The notes under the pieces were generated by a model, which did no database searches, was not told the origin of the DNA, and saw only the letters and a list, made by a program, of their open reading frames with translations. Source: Clostridia bacterium (GTDB lineage: Bacteria > Bacillota > Clostridia > Christensenellales > DTU072). Taken from it: a stretch of DNA of 64,000 bases. How positions within the stretch are numbered: position 1 is the stretch's first letter; every line of letters begins with the position of its first letter. The stretch lies in NCBI GenBank assembly GCA_017476265.1, contig JAFVAC010000002.1:2344-66343 (forward strand), written 5' to 3'. A program made the position numbers and the translations under genes. Shown piece by piece: positions 18,842-28,421 of the stretch.

Positions 18842-20984
18842 ACATATCAATCATTTTTTGGATAAAGTCCGAACTAATTATTCGCCCGAGGACTATATGG
18901 CGATATCTTTTGCTTGCCAGTTCGGTGAGAAAGCTCATGACGGGCAGAAGAGAGTCTCCGGAGAAGATTATTTTAATCATCCTTTATCTGTTGCTGAGAT
19001 CCTTGTCGATATGGGTTTGGATACCGAGACCATCATTGCGGGGTTACTGCACGATGTGATCGAGGACACCGATGTGACTCCGGATGTGTTTCGGGCAAAG
19101 TTCGGTGCGTCCATTTTCAGTTTGGTCGAGGCTGTCACGAAACTGACCAGGATCAATTTTAATTCTACCGAAGTAGAGCAAGCGGAAAACATACGAAAAC
19201 TCTTTTTTGCGATGTCGAAGGATATTCGCGTGCTTTTGATCAAACTTGCCGACCGACTGCACAATATGCGCACGTTGGATCCTCTACCTAAGGAAAAACA
19301 GATCAAAAAATCAAAAGAAACTCTCGATATATACGCGCCGCTTGCCGGAAGACTTGGTATATCTTGGATAAAGTGCGAGATGGAAGATCTTTCAATGAAA
19401 TATCTCTATCCTGAAGATTATGCCTATCTGACCGAAAGATTGAAGTATCAACGCGGTGAGAGAATGAAACTCGTCAATAAAGTCAAAGACGAACTGAGTG
19501 CGGCGTTGAAAGACTTGAATATGGAGTTTGAGATCAAGGGGAGACCAAAACACTTTTACTCCATATACAAGAAGATGAAAAATCAAAACAAGACCTTTGA
19601 GCAGATATACGATCTTGTCGCGGTCAGGGTGATCGTCAATACAATAGGCGACTGTTACACTGTACTTGGTATCATTCACTCGATGTGGAAGCCGATCCCG
19701 GGGCGCTTTAAGGACTATATCGCTTCTCCTAAGCCGAATATGTATCAGAGTTTACATACGACGATCGTAACGAACTTCGGTCAAGTTTTTGAAATACAGA
19801 TCCGTACAGTAGAGATGAACCGCGTGGCGGAATACGGTATTGCCGCACACTGGCGCTATAAAGAGGGGAACACTTCGCCGGAGACCGAGTATGATCGCAA
19901 ACTCGGCTTTATTAAAGAAGTAATGGACGTACAAGGGGACCTGAAGGACTCGCTTGAATTCATTGATACGCTGAAGACCAGCGTCTCTACCAACGAGATC
20001 TATGTGTTTACGCCGAAAGGCGACGTATTCGATCTACCTGTCAATTCTACCTGTATCGATTTTGCTTATCGCATACACAGTGAGATCGGGAATAAGTGTA
20101 CGGGTGCCAAAATTAACGGCAAATACGTCTCACCTATGACGACGCTCGAAAATGGCGACGTCGTGGAAGTCGTGACGCAAAACAATGCAAAACCATCTAG
20201 AGACTGGCTAAAATTCGCTGTGACGCCGACAGCAAAGGCAAAAATACGCAGCTATTTCAAAAAGCAGATGAAGGAGGAGAACGTCAAACTCGGCAAAGAC
20301 ATGTTGGAGCACGAGGCGGCAAGAAAAGGGCATACGCTTTCCGACCTTCTGACGCCCGGCGCAACGAAATACGTCTTGAATCGCTACAACTTCACCGATC
20401 TTGACGATATGTACGCGACTGTCGGATTTGGGGGGATGAAGACGAACCAAGTCCTCTTTAAGCTACTCGATTATGACAGAAAACTGCATGAAAGTGATAC
20501 GCCGACAGTCAAGACCGTCTCCGATACAACGAGAAGAAGATCGCATAGCGGTATCCTGATCGATGGATATGACGACTTTTTGATCCGCTTGGCAAAATGT
20601 TGCAACCCCGTCCCCGGGGACAAGATCGTCGGATATATCTCACGAGGGAGAGGAGTGACCGTCCATAGACAAGACTGCCCCAATATGTCCAATATGGAGC
20701 CGGAAAGACTCATGGCTGCGCAGTGGGCGAATATGGACAACACCGTCTACAATGCTCCCGTGTATATCGAGTGCGAAAACAGTCCGGCATTTTTGTCGAA
20801 AATAACTTCTCTTGTCGCCAATATGGGTTATGCCATTTCGAGCTTGAACGCGCACCCGACGAAGACGAAAGACAGACTACAGATCAATATCGGTCTGGAG
20901 ATCAAACAATCGTCGGACCTTGCCAGTGTGATCAAGAAACTGGAGGCGGTCAAAGGCGTCTATAAAGTGGAGCGTGGACTATAA
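18822..20984 (+). CDS. relA: bifunctional (p)ppGpp synthetase/hydrolase Rel
   Basis: HD domain (HPLSVA..LLHDVIEDT), synthetase motifs (RPKHFYSIYKKM, DLVAVRVIV), and TGS and ACT tails. ATG 18822 overlaps the end of recJ. Confidence 0.93.
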   Translation: MEISLTEHINHFLDKVRTNYSPEDYMAISFACQFGEKAHDGQKRVSGEDYFNHPLSVAEILVDMGLDTETIIAGLLHDVIEDTDVTPDVFRAKFGASIFSLVEAVTKLTRINFNSTEVEQAENIRKLFFAMSKDIRVLLIKLADRLHNMRTLDPLPKEKQIKKSKETLDIYAPLAGRLGISWIKCEMEDLSMKYLYPEDYAYLTERLKYQRGERMKLVNKVKDELSAALKDLNMEFEIKGRPKHFYSIYKKMKNQNKTFEQIYDLVAVRVIVNTIGDCYTVLGIIHSMWKPIPGRFKDYIASPKPNMYQSLHTTIVTNFGQVFEIQIRTVEMNRVAEYGIAAHWRYKEGNTSPETEYDRKLGFIKEVMDVQGDLKDSLEFIDTLKTSVSTNEIYVFTPKGDVFDLPVNSTCIDFAYRIHSEIGNKCTGAKINGKYVSPMTTLENGDVVEVVTQNNAKPSRDWLKFAVTPTAKAKIRSYFKKQMKEENVKLGKDMLEHEAARKGHTLSDLLTPGATKYVLNRYNFTDLDDMYATVGFGGMKTNQVLFKLLDYDRKLHESDTPTVKTVSDTTRRRSHSGILIDGYDDFLIRLAKCCNPVPGDKIVGYISRGRGVTVHRQDCPNMSNMEPERLMAAQWANMDNTVYNAPVYIECENSPAFLSKITSLVANMGYAISSLNAHPTKTKDRLQINIGLEIKQSSDLASVIKKLEAVKGVYKVERGL

Positions 20985-21014
20985 AAAAATTTTTTTGTAA
21001 ATGGTCCAAAATAA

Positions 21015-21043
21015 TTGACACAAATAAGAAATTGTTGTATATT
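21015..21043 (+). promoter_or_regulatory. sigma-A type promoter of tRNA operon
   Basis: TTGACA, 17-nt spacer, TATATT. Confidence 0.5.
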
Positions 21044-21067
21044 GTTAAAGTCGCTTAGGTAATCAAA

Positions 21068-21144
21068 TGGGGTGTAGCGCAGTTTGGTAGCGCACGTGGT
21101 TTGGGACCATGGGGTCGGGAGTTCGAGTCTCTTCACCCCGACCA
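21068..21144 (+). tRNA. tRNA-Pro (UGG)
   Basis: Hand-folded cloverleaf. The anticodon loop is TTTGGGA and CCA is encoded. Position 1 is T opposite G72. Confidence 0.85.
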
Positions 21145-21164
21145 TTTACTTTAATGTGATATAA

Positions 21165-21238
21165 GGGCCTTTAGCTCAGTTGGTTAGAGCGGTCGGCTCA
21201 TAACCGATTGGTCCGCGGTTCAAGTCCGTGAAGGCCCA
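21165..21238 (+). tRNA. tRNA with CAU anticodon (elongator Met or lysidine-dependent Ile2; the body looks Ile2-like)
   Basis: Cloverleaf with anticodon loop CTCATAA. GGGCCTTTAGCTCAGTTGGTTAGAGC resembles Bacillus tRNA-Ile(CAU). No CCA is encoded. Confidence 0.8.
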
Positions 21239-21289
21239 GCAAGTTGCCTTATGGCCAAAGGAACGAATATTAAAAACTTAATATAATAC

Positions 21290-21366
21290 GGTCCGGTAGT
21301 TCAGCTGGTTAGAACGCTAGCCTGTCACGCTAGAGGTCGTGGGTTCGAACCCCATCCGGATCGCCA
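21290..21366 (+). tRNA. tRNA-Asp (GUC)
   Basis: Cloverleaf with anticodon loop CTGTCAC. CCA is encoded. Confidence 0.9.
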
Positions 21367-21371
21367 AATCA

Positions 21372-21447
21372 GCCTTGGTAGCTCAGTCGGTAGAGCAGGG
21401 GACTGAAAATCCCCGTGTCGGTGGTTCAATTCCGCCCCAAGGCACCA
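21372..21447 (+). tRNA. tRNA-Phe (GAA)
   Basis: Cloverleaf with anticodon loop ACTGAAAAT context. CCA is encoded. Confidence 0.9.
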
Positions 21448-21454
21448 ATCTCCT

Positions 21455-21531
21455 GCTGGCTTAGCTCAACTAGGCAGAGCAGCTGATTTGTAATCAGCAG
21501 GTTGATGGTTCGATTCCATTAGCCAGCTCCA
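21455..21531 (+). tRNA. tRNA-Thr (UGU)
   Basis: Cloverleaf with anticodon loop TTTGTAA. CCA is encoded. Confidence 0.88.
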
Positions 21532-21537
21532 CTATTT

Positions 21538-21623
21538 GGAAGGATTCCCGAGTGGCTAAAGGGAGCAGACTGTAAATCTGCCGTCCGTCGACTTCGGTGG
21601 TTCGAATCCACCTCCTTCCACCA
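21538..21623 (+). tRNA. tRNA-Tyr (GUA)
   Basis: Cloverleaf with a long variable arm and anticodon loop CTGTAAA. CCA is encoded. Confidence 0.9.
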
Positions 21624-21625
21624 AA

Positions 21626-21662
21626 AAACAACCTATGACGTAATGTCGCAGGTTGTTTTTTT
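21626..21662 (+). terminator. rho-independent terminator of tRNA operon
   Basis: AAACAACCT..AGGTTGTTTTTTT. Confidence 0.65.
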
Positions 21663-21770
21663 ATTGACTTTTGCAGGTAAAGAGAAAAAGTCGAGTCACC
21701 TTGAATTATAACAATAGTTTGGAGTTAAATTTTGGATTAATCAAACAAAAACGCTTAAAAATACTCATAT

Positions 21771-21790
21771 TTCGTCAAAATAATTCGTCA
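21771..21790 (+). promoter_or_regulatory. two candidate Spo0A boxes upstream of spoIIAA
   Basis: TTCGTCA occurs at 21771-21777 and 21784-21790. It is the reverse complement of TGACGAA, which matches the 0A-box consensus TGNCGAA. Confidence 0.3.
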
Positions 21791-21822
21791 TTTTTTCGGT
21801 ATACTCGACCTTCGGAGGCAAT

Positions 21823-22128
21823 ATGAAAGTCAACGCAAAAATGAATAATGAGAACTTGTATCTTTACTTGTCCGGGGAGATAGACCAATCTGTTGCGGGA
21901 GATCTTCGTATTAAAATAGACGACTACTTGGAGTCAGTCAAAGTTAAGAACGTGATCCTTAACATGCAGGAATTGACCTTTATGGACAGTACGGGGGTAG
22001 GACTCATTTTAGGCAGATATAAAAAACTGAGACAAAAACATGTGGGAATGTTTATTGACAAACCCAACGAGCAAATAGACAAGGTCCTGAAAGTAAGCGG
22101 ACTGTATCGGATCATACCCAAACTATGA
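21823..22128 (+). CDS. spoIIAA: anti-sigma-F factor antagonist SpoIIAA (STAS domain)
   Basis: FMDSTGVGLILGRYK phosphorylation-site region, and operon context. Confidence 0.9.
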   Translation: MKVNAKMNNENLYLYLSGEIDQSVAGDLRIKIDDYLESVKVKNVILNMQELTFMDSTGVGLILGRYKKLRQKHVGMFIDKPNEQIDKVLKVSGLYRIIPKL

Positions 22129-22137
22129 GGTGAATAT

Positions 22138-22560
22138 ATGGAAAATCACATGAGCATACGAGTAAAAGCAATACCGGAGAACGAATCTTTGGCGCGTAGC
22201 ACGATAGCGGCATTTTGTCTGTCGAGCGACCCGACTGTGGACGCGGTCAACGACGTCCGCACGGCAGTATCCGAAGCGGTCACCAATAGCATTGTGCACG
22301 GATATGACGGTAAAGAGGGGGACGTCTTGATCGAGGCGCAACTGACAGGAGACGTTCTTGCATTGGAAATAGTCGATTACGGCGTAGGTATAGCCGACGT
22401 GGAAATGGCAATGGGCGACTTTTTTACCACAAAAGAGGAGGAAGAGAGAAGCGGACTTGGGTTTACGATCATGCGGACCTTTATGGACGAACTGTCGGTA
22501 GAAAGCAAGATCGGCGTAGGGACGACTGTCCGTATGAAAAAAAGGTTGCGCAATGCTTAG
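22138..22560 (+). CDS. spoIIAB: anti-sigma-F factor SpoIIAB (serine kinase)
   Basis: HATPase_c motifs (EAVTNSIVHGY, DYGVGI, GLGFTIM). Confidence 0.92.
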   Translation: MENHMSIRVKAIPENESLARSTIAAFCLSSDPTVDAVNDVRTAVSEAVTNSIVHGYDGKEGDVLIEAQLTGDVLALEIVDYGVGIADVEMAMGDFFTTKEEEERSGLGFTIMRTFMDELSVESKIGVGTTVRMKKRLRNA

Positions 22561-23266
22561 TCAGGAAGAGACTGCACAACTCATCGAAAGGGCGCAACAA
22601 AATGACGACGAAGCAAAGACGATCCTTTTGCAGAATAATTTGCCTTTGATCAAGAGTATCGTGCGACGGTATAAAAATAAGCAAACGGAGACCGATGACC
22701 TGATACAGCTCGGTACCCTTGGATTTATCAAAGCGATCAACAATTTTGATCTTACTTTCGGCGTCAAATTTTCGACGTATGCTGTTCCTATGATCGCAGG
22801 GGAGATCAAACGGTTTTTGAGAGATAACGGGGCGATCAAAGTCAGTCGTTCGATCAAGTCCCAACATCAGGAACTGAACGCTTTTGTAGAAAGATATCGA
22901 CAGGAGAAACAAAAAGACCCGACGATATCCGAGATCGCTGCGCATCTGAACGTCGATGAAACCGACGTGGTTTTTATTATGGATAGTGCGAGGTACCCGG
23001 TCAGCATTTATGCGGAGAGCGACGAAGACGGGTTGAGCCTGGTCGATAAAATAAGCTCGAAGGACGATCAGGACGATTATATTGAAAAAACCGTCTTGAG
23101 AGATATCATAGCCAAGTTCGATGAGCGCGACAAAAAAATTATATATTTGCGCTACTACCGCGATAAAACTCAAAGTGAAATAGCAAAAGTACTCGGTGTG
23201 TCTCAAGTCCAAGTGAGTCGACTGGAAGCGAAGATATTGGAAAGGATAAGAAAAGAGATGTCTTGA
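22553..23266 (+). CDS. sigF: RNA polymerase sporulation sigma factor SigF
   Basis: Sigma-70 regions 2-4 (DLIQLGTLGFIKAINNFD, TQSEIAKVLGVSQVQVSRLE), and its position downstream of spoIIAB. Confidence 0.9.
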   Translation: MLSQEETAQLIERAQQNDDEAKTILLQNNLPLIKSIVRRYKNKQTETDDLIQLGTLGFIKAINNFDLTFGVKFSTYAVPMIAGEIKRFLRDNGAIKVSRSIKSQHQELNAFVERYRQEKQKDPTISEIAAHLNVDETDVVFIMDSARYPVSIYAESDEDGLSLVDKISSKDDQDDYIEKTVLRDIIAKFDERDKKIIYLRYYRDKTQSEIAKVLGVSQVQVSRLEAKILERIRKEMS

Positions 23267-23274
23267 GACAAGGT

Positions 23275-23298
23275 AAAACACCCATATCGGGTGTTTTT
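23275..23298 (+). terminator. rho-independent terminator
   Basis: AAAACACCC-ATATC-GGGTGTTTTTAT. Confidence 0.65.
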
Positions 23299-23317
23299 AT
23301 TTAGGGAAAAAACCGAT

Positions 23318-23347
23318 GTATAAAAAAACAGATACGGGCGACAATAC
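23318..23347 (+). promoter_or_regulatory. candidate forespore (sigma-F/G type) promoter of spoVA operon
   Basis: GTATA, then spacer, then GGGCGACAATAC. This resembles the GTATA..GG..A.AATA forespore promoter pattern. Confidence 0.35.
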
Positions 23348-23426
23348 CTCGGTAGGGCGAATATGAGAAAAGAACATGAAGAATCGACGGAGATATTCAA
23401 TCCGAACGAGAACAGAGAGGTGAATT

Positions 23427-23876
23427 TTGAGGTTAGATAAAGAACAAAGTAAAGAATACCTCGCCGAGATCAGAAAAGATATGCCGAAAACAAAACATGT
23501 CAGGACTATGGTCCGGGCTTTTTTGACAGGCGGCATCATCTGTTGTATCGGGCAAGGGATCGGTGATGCGATAAAGGCGATTTTTCCTTCGATGCAAGAG
23601 GACGAGGTGGGCGGATTCGTAACTATGATGATGATCTTGTTGACCGCGATTCTTACCGGGATCGGGGTTTATGACAAAATCGGCGCATTCGGCGGGGCGG
23701 GGAGCATCGTCCCGATCACAGGATTTGCCAATTCGATCGTCAGTCCTGCGATAGAACACAAGCGGGAGGGGATTGTGCTGGGTTTGTGCGCCAATATGTT
23801 TTCCATAGCGGGTCCTGTGATCGTGTTCGGCATCTCCGCGTCCGTGTTGGTCGGGATCATATACTGTTTTATTTAG
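23427..23876 (+). CDS. spoVAC: stage V sporulation protein AC
   Basis: VRAFLTGGIICCIGQ and the TM pattern. TTG start with a GAGAGGTG SD. Confidence 0.88.
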   Translation: MRLDKEQSKEYLAEIRKDMPKTKHVRTMVRAFLTGGIICCIGQGIGDAIKAIFPSMQEDEVGGFVTMMMILLTAILTGIGVYDKIGAFGGAGSIVPITGFANSIVSPAIEHKREGIVLGLCANMFSIAGPVIVFGISASVLVGIIYCFI

Positions 23877-23884
23877 GAGGGTAG

Positions 23885-24883
23885 ATGGTAAGGACGGTTT
23901 TTTTTGACAGAGACGTTGCGATCACGCAGACTTCGTCAATCGCCGGACCCAAGGAGGGTGAGGGTCCGCTGAAAAAATACTATGACTATATCCTGAAAGA
24001 CGATATCATCGGACAAAAAAGTCACGAGCATGCGGAGATCATGATGCAGCTTCAATGCATCAAACAGCTCTTAAACAAGGCTCATCTATCGCAAAATGAC
24101 GTCGATTGCGTATTCGGGGGGGATCTTTTGGATGAGATCATAGGTTGCAACTTTGCTATGAGGGAGTTAGAAATACCCTTTATCGGTCTGTATAACGCCT
24201 GCGCGACTTTTGGAGAGGCGCTTATTCTCGGTGCGATTATGATACATTCCGATTATATGAGCAAAGTGATCACGACTACGACGAGTCACTATGCAACCGC
24301 GGAGAGGCAGTACCGTTTCCCGTTGGAACTCGGCTCGCAGAGGACTCCTCTGTCACAATGGACCGTGACGGGTGCCGGATGCAGTCTTTTGACGAAAAAG
24401 GAAGAGGTCGGTGTGAAAGTGACGAGCGGGACCATCGGTAAAGTCGTGGACTACGGCGTAAGCGACGCCAACGATATGGGGGCGGTCATGGCTCCCGCAG
24501 CATTGAATACGATCGTGTCGCACTTGTCGGACACCGGGAGGGACGAGACTTATTACGACCTGATCGTTACAGGAGATCTCGGACACGGCGGAAGCAGACT
24601 CTTGCAGATATTAGCTAAAAAAGAAGGATTGAACCTCGGCAAAAACTATTCCGACTGCGGTATTTTGATTTTTAACCGAGAGGGGCAAGACGTCGGTCAA
24701 GGCGGAAGCGGAGCGTGTTGCTCAAACCTTGTCTTCAATGCATATTTGTATAAAATGCTATCGCAAGGAACACTCAAAAAAATACTTTTTGTGCCGACGG
24801 GTGCGCTGTTAAGTAAAGTCTCTTCATTGCAGGGGGAAACTATCCCGGCAATCGCGCATGCGGTAGCGATCGAGGTGGTGTAA
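23885..24883 (+). CDS. spoVAD: stage V sporulation protein AD
   Basis: Thiolase-like fold sequence typical of SpoVAD, located between spoVAC and spoVAE. Confidence 0.88.
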   Translation: MVRTVFFDRDVAITQTSSIAGPKEGEGPLKKYYDYILKDDIIGQKSHEHAEIMMQLQCIKQLLNKAHLSQNDVDCVFGGDLLDEIIGCNFAMRELEIPFIGLYNACATFGEALILGAIMIHSDYMSKVITTTTSHYATAERQYRFPLELGSQRTPLSQWTVTGAGCSLLTKKEEVGVKVTSGTIGKVVDYGVSDANDMGAVMAPAALNTIVSHLSDTGRDETYYDLIVTGDLGHGGSRLLQILAKKEGLNLGKNYSDCGILIFNREGQDVGQGGSGACCSNLVFNAYLYKMLSQGTLKKILFVPTGALLSKVSSLQGETIPAIAHAVAIEVV

Positions 24884-25251
24884 TGGATATGTTTTTGACC
24901 TATCTGATCGTTTTTGCGATCGGAGGCGGAATCTGTATGGTGGGACAGGTGATCATCAATTTGACAAAGCTGACATCGGCGAGGATCCTTTTGATCTTCT
25001 TGCTCCTTGGTGTGCTTTTGGAGGCAATAGGCGTATTCGGATATATGAAGGACTTTGCCAAAGCGGGCGTGACTATTCCCATTATGGGGTTCGGGAGCAA
25101 TTTGGCAAAAGGGGCGATCGAAGGCGCAAGAGAGAGTGGACTATTCGGGGCAATAACAGGAGGAGTAAAAGCTGCGGCGGCAGGGCTAACCGGTGCGATA
25201 TTTATTGGATTTGTCGTGTCTTTAATCAGTAAACCGCATTCTAAATCCTGA
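24883..25251 (+). CDS. spoVAE: stage V sporulation protein AE (SpoVAEB)
   Basis: 122-aa membrane protein whose start overlaps the spoVAD stop (ATG/TAA junction). Confidence 0.85.
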   Translation: MDMFLTYLIVFAIGGGICMVGQVIINLTKLTSARILLIFLLLGVLLEAIGVFGYMKDFAKAGVTIPIMGFGSNLAKGAIEGARESGLFGAITGGVKAAAAGLTGAIFIGFVVSLISKPHSKS

Positions 25252-25308
25252 GATGGGGAACGATCTAGAGACTTGACAAAAAAGGGCAAACGGTAGTAGA
25301 ATACCGAT

Positions 25309-26328
25309 ATGAGAAAAATTTCATATAAGGGTGACGTTTGCATCATCAAGTCACAATCCAATTTGTTTTATCTGACCGGGTACGATACGGCGGACGCAAT
25401 AATAGCGCTGGTGGGAGGCAAGGCGTATTATTTTACCGACGCAAGGTACTTTGAAGAAGTCGATTATTTGAAGACCGATTTCGTAATTGAGAGCGTAGAA
25501 AAGTACGGCGCATTTTTACGTGAAAGCGGATTCCGATCCGCCGCTATCGAAAAGTCTATGCCTGCATATGACTATGAAGAGTTAAAAAACGCCGGAATAA
25601 CCGATTTTTCCTATATTGACGAAGAGATGACCTCTTTGCGTATGATAAAGAGCGCGGAAGAGATCGAAGTGATGCAGAAGGCGCAAGACGTGTCCGATCG
25701 CGCCTTTTTGGAGATACTTCCGAAAATCCACGAAGGTATGACCGAAAGAGAGCTCGCCGGGCAGCTGGAAGGTCTGCTCTTTGCCTGTGGAGGAGATGCT
25801 TTGGCGTTTACGTCCATTGTCGCCTTCGGAGAAAACACGTCAAAACCGCATGCTCATCGTACTGAAAAGAAGTTGGGAAAGGGGATGCCCGTGACGATGG
25901 ACTTCGGTGCGAAGTACGCGGGGTATTGCTCGGATATGACGAGGACCGTCTTCTTCGGCGAACCGTCGAATGAGATCAAGAAGACCTATATGATGGTCAA
26001 AGAGGCACAAAGCATGGCTATCGCCGGTGTTCACCCCGGCATGACGGGAAGAGAGTGCGACGAGATCGCCCGCGGCTATTTCAGGCGCAACGGCGTAGAT
26101 AAGTACTTTTTGCACTCTTTGGGGCATAGCCTTGGAATAGATATCCACGAAAGTCCCAACTTTTCGCCGAGATGTGAGTCTGTCATTCGCACGGGAATGA
26201 CCTTGAGCGTAGAACCCGGTTTGTATTTTGATAAAAAATTCGGCATCAGAATAGAAGATGTAATTTATTTTGCGGAAACAGGCGTAAGAAACTTGACAAA
26301 AAGTGCCAAAGATATGATAATATTATAG
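25309..26328 (+). CDS. Xaa-Pro aminopeptidase, M24 family
   Basis: Metal ligands in [24 protein letters not shown] and SVEPG..RIED contexts. It sits in the usual position upstream of efp. Confidence 0.88.
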   Translation: MRKISYKGDVCIIKSQSNLFYLTGYDTADAIIALVGGKAYYFTDARYFEEVDYLKTDFVIESVEKYGAFLRESGFRSAAIEKSMPAYDYEELKNAGITDFSYIDEEMTSLRMIKSAEEIEVMQKAQDVSDRAFLEILPKIHEGMTERELAGQLEGLLFACGGDALAFTSIVAFGENTSKPHAHRTEKKLGKGMPVTMDFGAKYAGYCSDMTRTVFFGEPSNEIKKTYMMVKEAQSMAIAGVHPGMTGRECDEIARGYFRRNGVDKYFLHSLGHSLGIDIHESPNFSPRCESVIRTGMTLSVEPGLYFDKKFGIRIEDVIYFAETGVRNLTKSAKDMIIL

Positions 26329-26359
26329 AAATAATTTTACATTTTCGGAGGACGAATAT

Positions 26360-26923
26360 ATGGCATACATTATGGCGGGTGATTTCCGCAAAGGTATTAC
26401 TTTCGAACTGGATGGGACCGTTCAGGTCATCGTTGATTTCCAACACGTCAAACCCGGTAAGGGCGCGGCTTTTGTGAGAGCGAAGATCAGAAACGTAATG
26501 ACCGGCGGCGTTATTGAACGTACCTTTAACCCCAGTGAAAAGTATGAACTTGCTCATATTGAGCGCAAAAAGATGCAATATAGCTACAATGACGGCGATT
26601 TGTATTACTTCATGGACACCGAGACCTACGATATGGTCCCGCTCAACAAGGACATCGTCGCCGACGCGTTGCGCTTCATTAAAGAAGAAGATATGTGTGA
26701 CATCGCTTTTTACAAAGGGAGCGCTTTCTCTTGCGAACCGCAGAATTTCGTCGAGTTGAAAGTCGTCGACGCAGAGCCCGGGATCCCCGGTGCAACCGCT
26801 CAGCCCGGATCCAAGTCCGCTACGCTTGAGACCGGATACGTCATCCAAGTGCCTTTGTTTGTCAACGCCGGCGAGACCATCCGAGTGGATACGAGAGACG
26901 GTTCTTATATGAGCCGCGTATAA
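26360..26923 (+). CDS. efp: elongation factor P
   Basis: [19 protein letters not shown] motif; 187 aa. Confidence 0.95.
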   Translation: MAYIMAGDFRKGITFELDGTVQVIVDFQHVKPGKGAAFVRAKIRNVMTGGVIERTFNPSEKYELAHIERKKMQYSYNDGDLYYFMDTETYDMVPLNKDIVADALRFIKEEDMCDIAFYKGSAFSCEPQNFVELKVVDAEPGIPGATAQPGSKSATLETGYVIQVPLFVNAGETIRVDTRDGSYMSRV

Positions 26924-26952
26924 TCGACATTTTATTTAAGTACTAAAATCAA

Positions 26953-26986
26953 AACGCCTCGGATAGAATATTCCGAGGTGTTTTGT
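26953..26986 (+). terminator. terminator-like hairpin after efp
   Basis: CGCCTCGGA-loop-TCCGAGGTGTTTTGTT. Confidence 0.5.
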
Positions 26987-26987
26987 T

Positions 26988-27776
26988 ATGGAAAACCTGT
27001 TGGATAAAGAATTGTTCAGAGAAGTCTCTTCTTTAAGGAAAGACGTCTGTGAGATACGTTTGCGCATTGGTCAAAATACGCAAGTCCGTACAAAAAGTGA
27101 AAAATTTTTCTTACAATACCGAGCGACAAGAGAGAAGATGAGCCAGATCATCAGACGGGCGACTGATGACGCGTTGTATGCCTATGAAGATCAGATCAGC
27201 GCTGGATATATCGGATATAAAAACGGTATTCGTATAGGGATCGCGGGAGATTGCAAATGGAACGGAGAAAAGGTCGTCGTACGAGAAGTGTACGCTCTTT
27301 GCGTCAGAATCCCTCAGGAAATCATCGGGTGCGCGTCGAGGCTCGCGGAATCCGACTTTGAAAATACGATCATTGTTTCTGAGCCAGGTGCCGGCAAGAC
27401 GACCCTATTGCGTGACTATATACGACTTCTTTCGATGAGATACGACGTACTCGCTATTGATGAGAGGTATGAACTGTTTGGCGAAGGGATCACGATGCGG
27501 ACAGGACCTTGTTGTGACGTAATACAAGGCGTCCCTAAAGAAAAAGTATACGAGATGTCGATACGAACGATGTCGCCGCAAATTGTTGCGTGCGACGAAC
27601 TTTTTGGGGCAAAAGATCTGTCCGCGGTACGGAAATTGGTCTCCTCCGGTATTAAAGTGTTGGCTACAATCCATGGAAAAAAATTAGATGAATGCTATAA
27701 AAGAATTTTTCAAAGAAAAGTCTACTTGTCAGACGATCCCCAAATAGGTACGATAGATCGCGTGGAGGGGATGTGA
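26988..27776 (+). CDS. spoIIIAA: stage III sporulation protein AA (ATPase)
   Basis: Walker A SEPGAGKTTLLRD, IDERYEL, and operon context. Confidence 0.85.
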   Translation: MENLLDKELFREVSSLRKDVCEIRLRIGQNTQVRTKSEKFFLQYRATREKMSQIIRRATDDALYAYEDQISAGYIGYKNGIRIGIAGDCKWNGEKVVVREVYALCVRIPQEIIGCASRLAESDFENTIIVSEPGAGKTTLLRDYIRLLSMRYDVLAIDERYELFGEGITMRTGPCCDVIQGVPKEKVYEMSIRTMSPQIVACDELFGAKDLSAVRKLVSSGIKVLATIHGKKLDECYKRIFQRKVYLSDDPQIGTIDRVEGM

Positions 27777-28216
27777 AATATTTAGTCGGGGCGATCCTCT
27801 TTGTATTGTCGGTTGTTGTCGGCAAGCTGATGAATAAAAGCTATAAGGACAAGATCCGGTTTTTGAACGAATACAGAGAATTTTTGAATCGCGTAAGTGG
27901 TGAAGCAGGCATCTTTAAAAGGAAAATGTCGGATATAGAGGAGCGTTTTTGTCAAGAGCGGTCGGGCAAGTTCGAGGATTTTCTGAAAACTTATCGTCAA
28001 AAAGGCGCTAAAACAGAAGAGGAAAAAATAGTCTTCGATTTTCTATCAGAGATAAAGGAAGTGAACGCAAAATCGCAAGATGAATTTATAAAATACTCGA
28101 TAGGATTGTGCGAAAAGATGTTATCCGACAGAGAAGAGGCACAAAAAACGAACGGCACTTTGTCGGAAAGGTTGTGTCCCTTGGTCGGGGCAGTCATGTT
28201 TTTATTGGTTTTGTGA
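27773..28216 (+). CDS. spoIIIAB: stage III sporulation protein AB
   Basis: Position and size in the spoIIIA operon, with terminal TM segments. Confidence 0.8.
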   Translation: MKYLVGAILFVLSVVVGKLMNKSYKDKIRFLNEYREFLNRVSGEAGIFKRKMSDIEERFCQERSGKFEDFLKTYRQKGAKTEEEKIVFDFLSEIKEVNAKSQDEFIKYSIGLCEKMLSDREEAQKTNGTLSERLCPLVGAVMFLLVL

Positions 28217-28222
28217 GGGGAG

Positions 28223-28420
28223 ATGGGCATAGACGTAATTTTCAAAATCGCCGGGATCGGGATCGTGACGGCGGTTATCAATAATATTTTGGAAAAAAGT
28301 GACAAAAAAGAGATCGCTACTCTTGTTACGCTTGCGGCGTTGGTGATCGTCCTGAGTCTTGTCGTCAATATGCTCGGAGACTTTTTCGGTACGCTGAAAG
28401 CGATGTTTAATCTCTATTGA
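28223..28420 (+). CDS. spoIIIAC: stage III sporulation protein AC
   Basis: 65-aa two-TM protein (FKIAGIGIVTAV). Confidence 0.85.
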   Translation: MGIDVIFKIAGIGIVTAVINNILEKSDKKEIATLVTLAALVIVLSLVVNMLGDFFGTLKAMFNLY

Positions 28421-28421
28421 A

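Noticed and set aside
20960-21145. 61-aa minus-strand ORF.
   Set aside because: It overlaps tRNA-Pro and the tRNA promoter region and is an antisense artefact.
23362-23439. 25-aa ORF (MRKEHEESTEIFNPNENREVNFEVR) between sigF and spoVAC.
   Set aside because: It has no SD, is hydrophilic with no recognisable feature, and overlaps the spoVAC SD and start. It is more likely 5' UTR.
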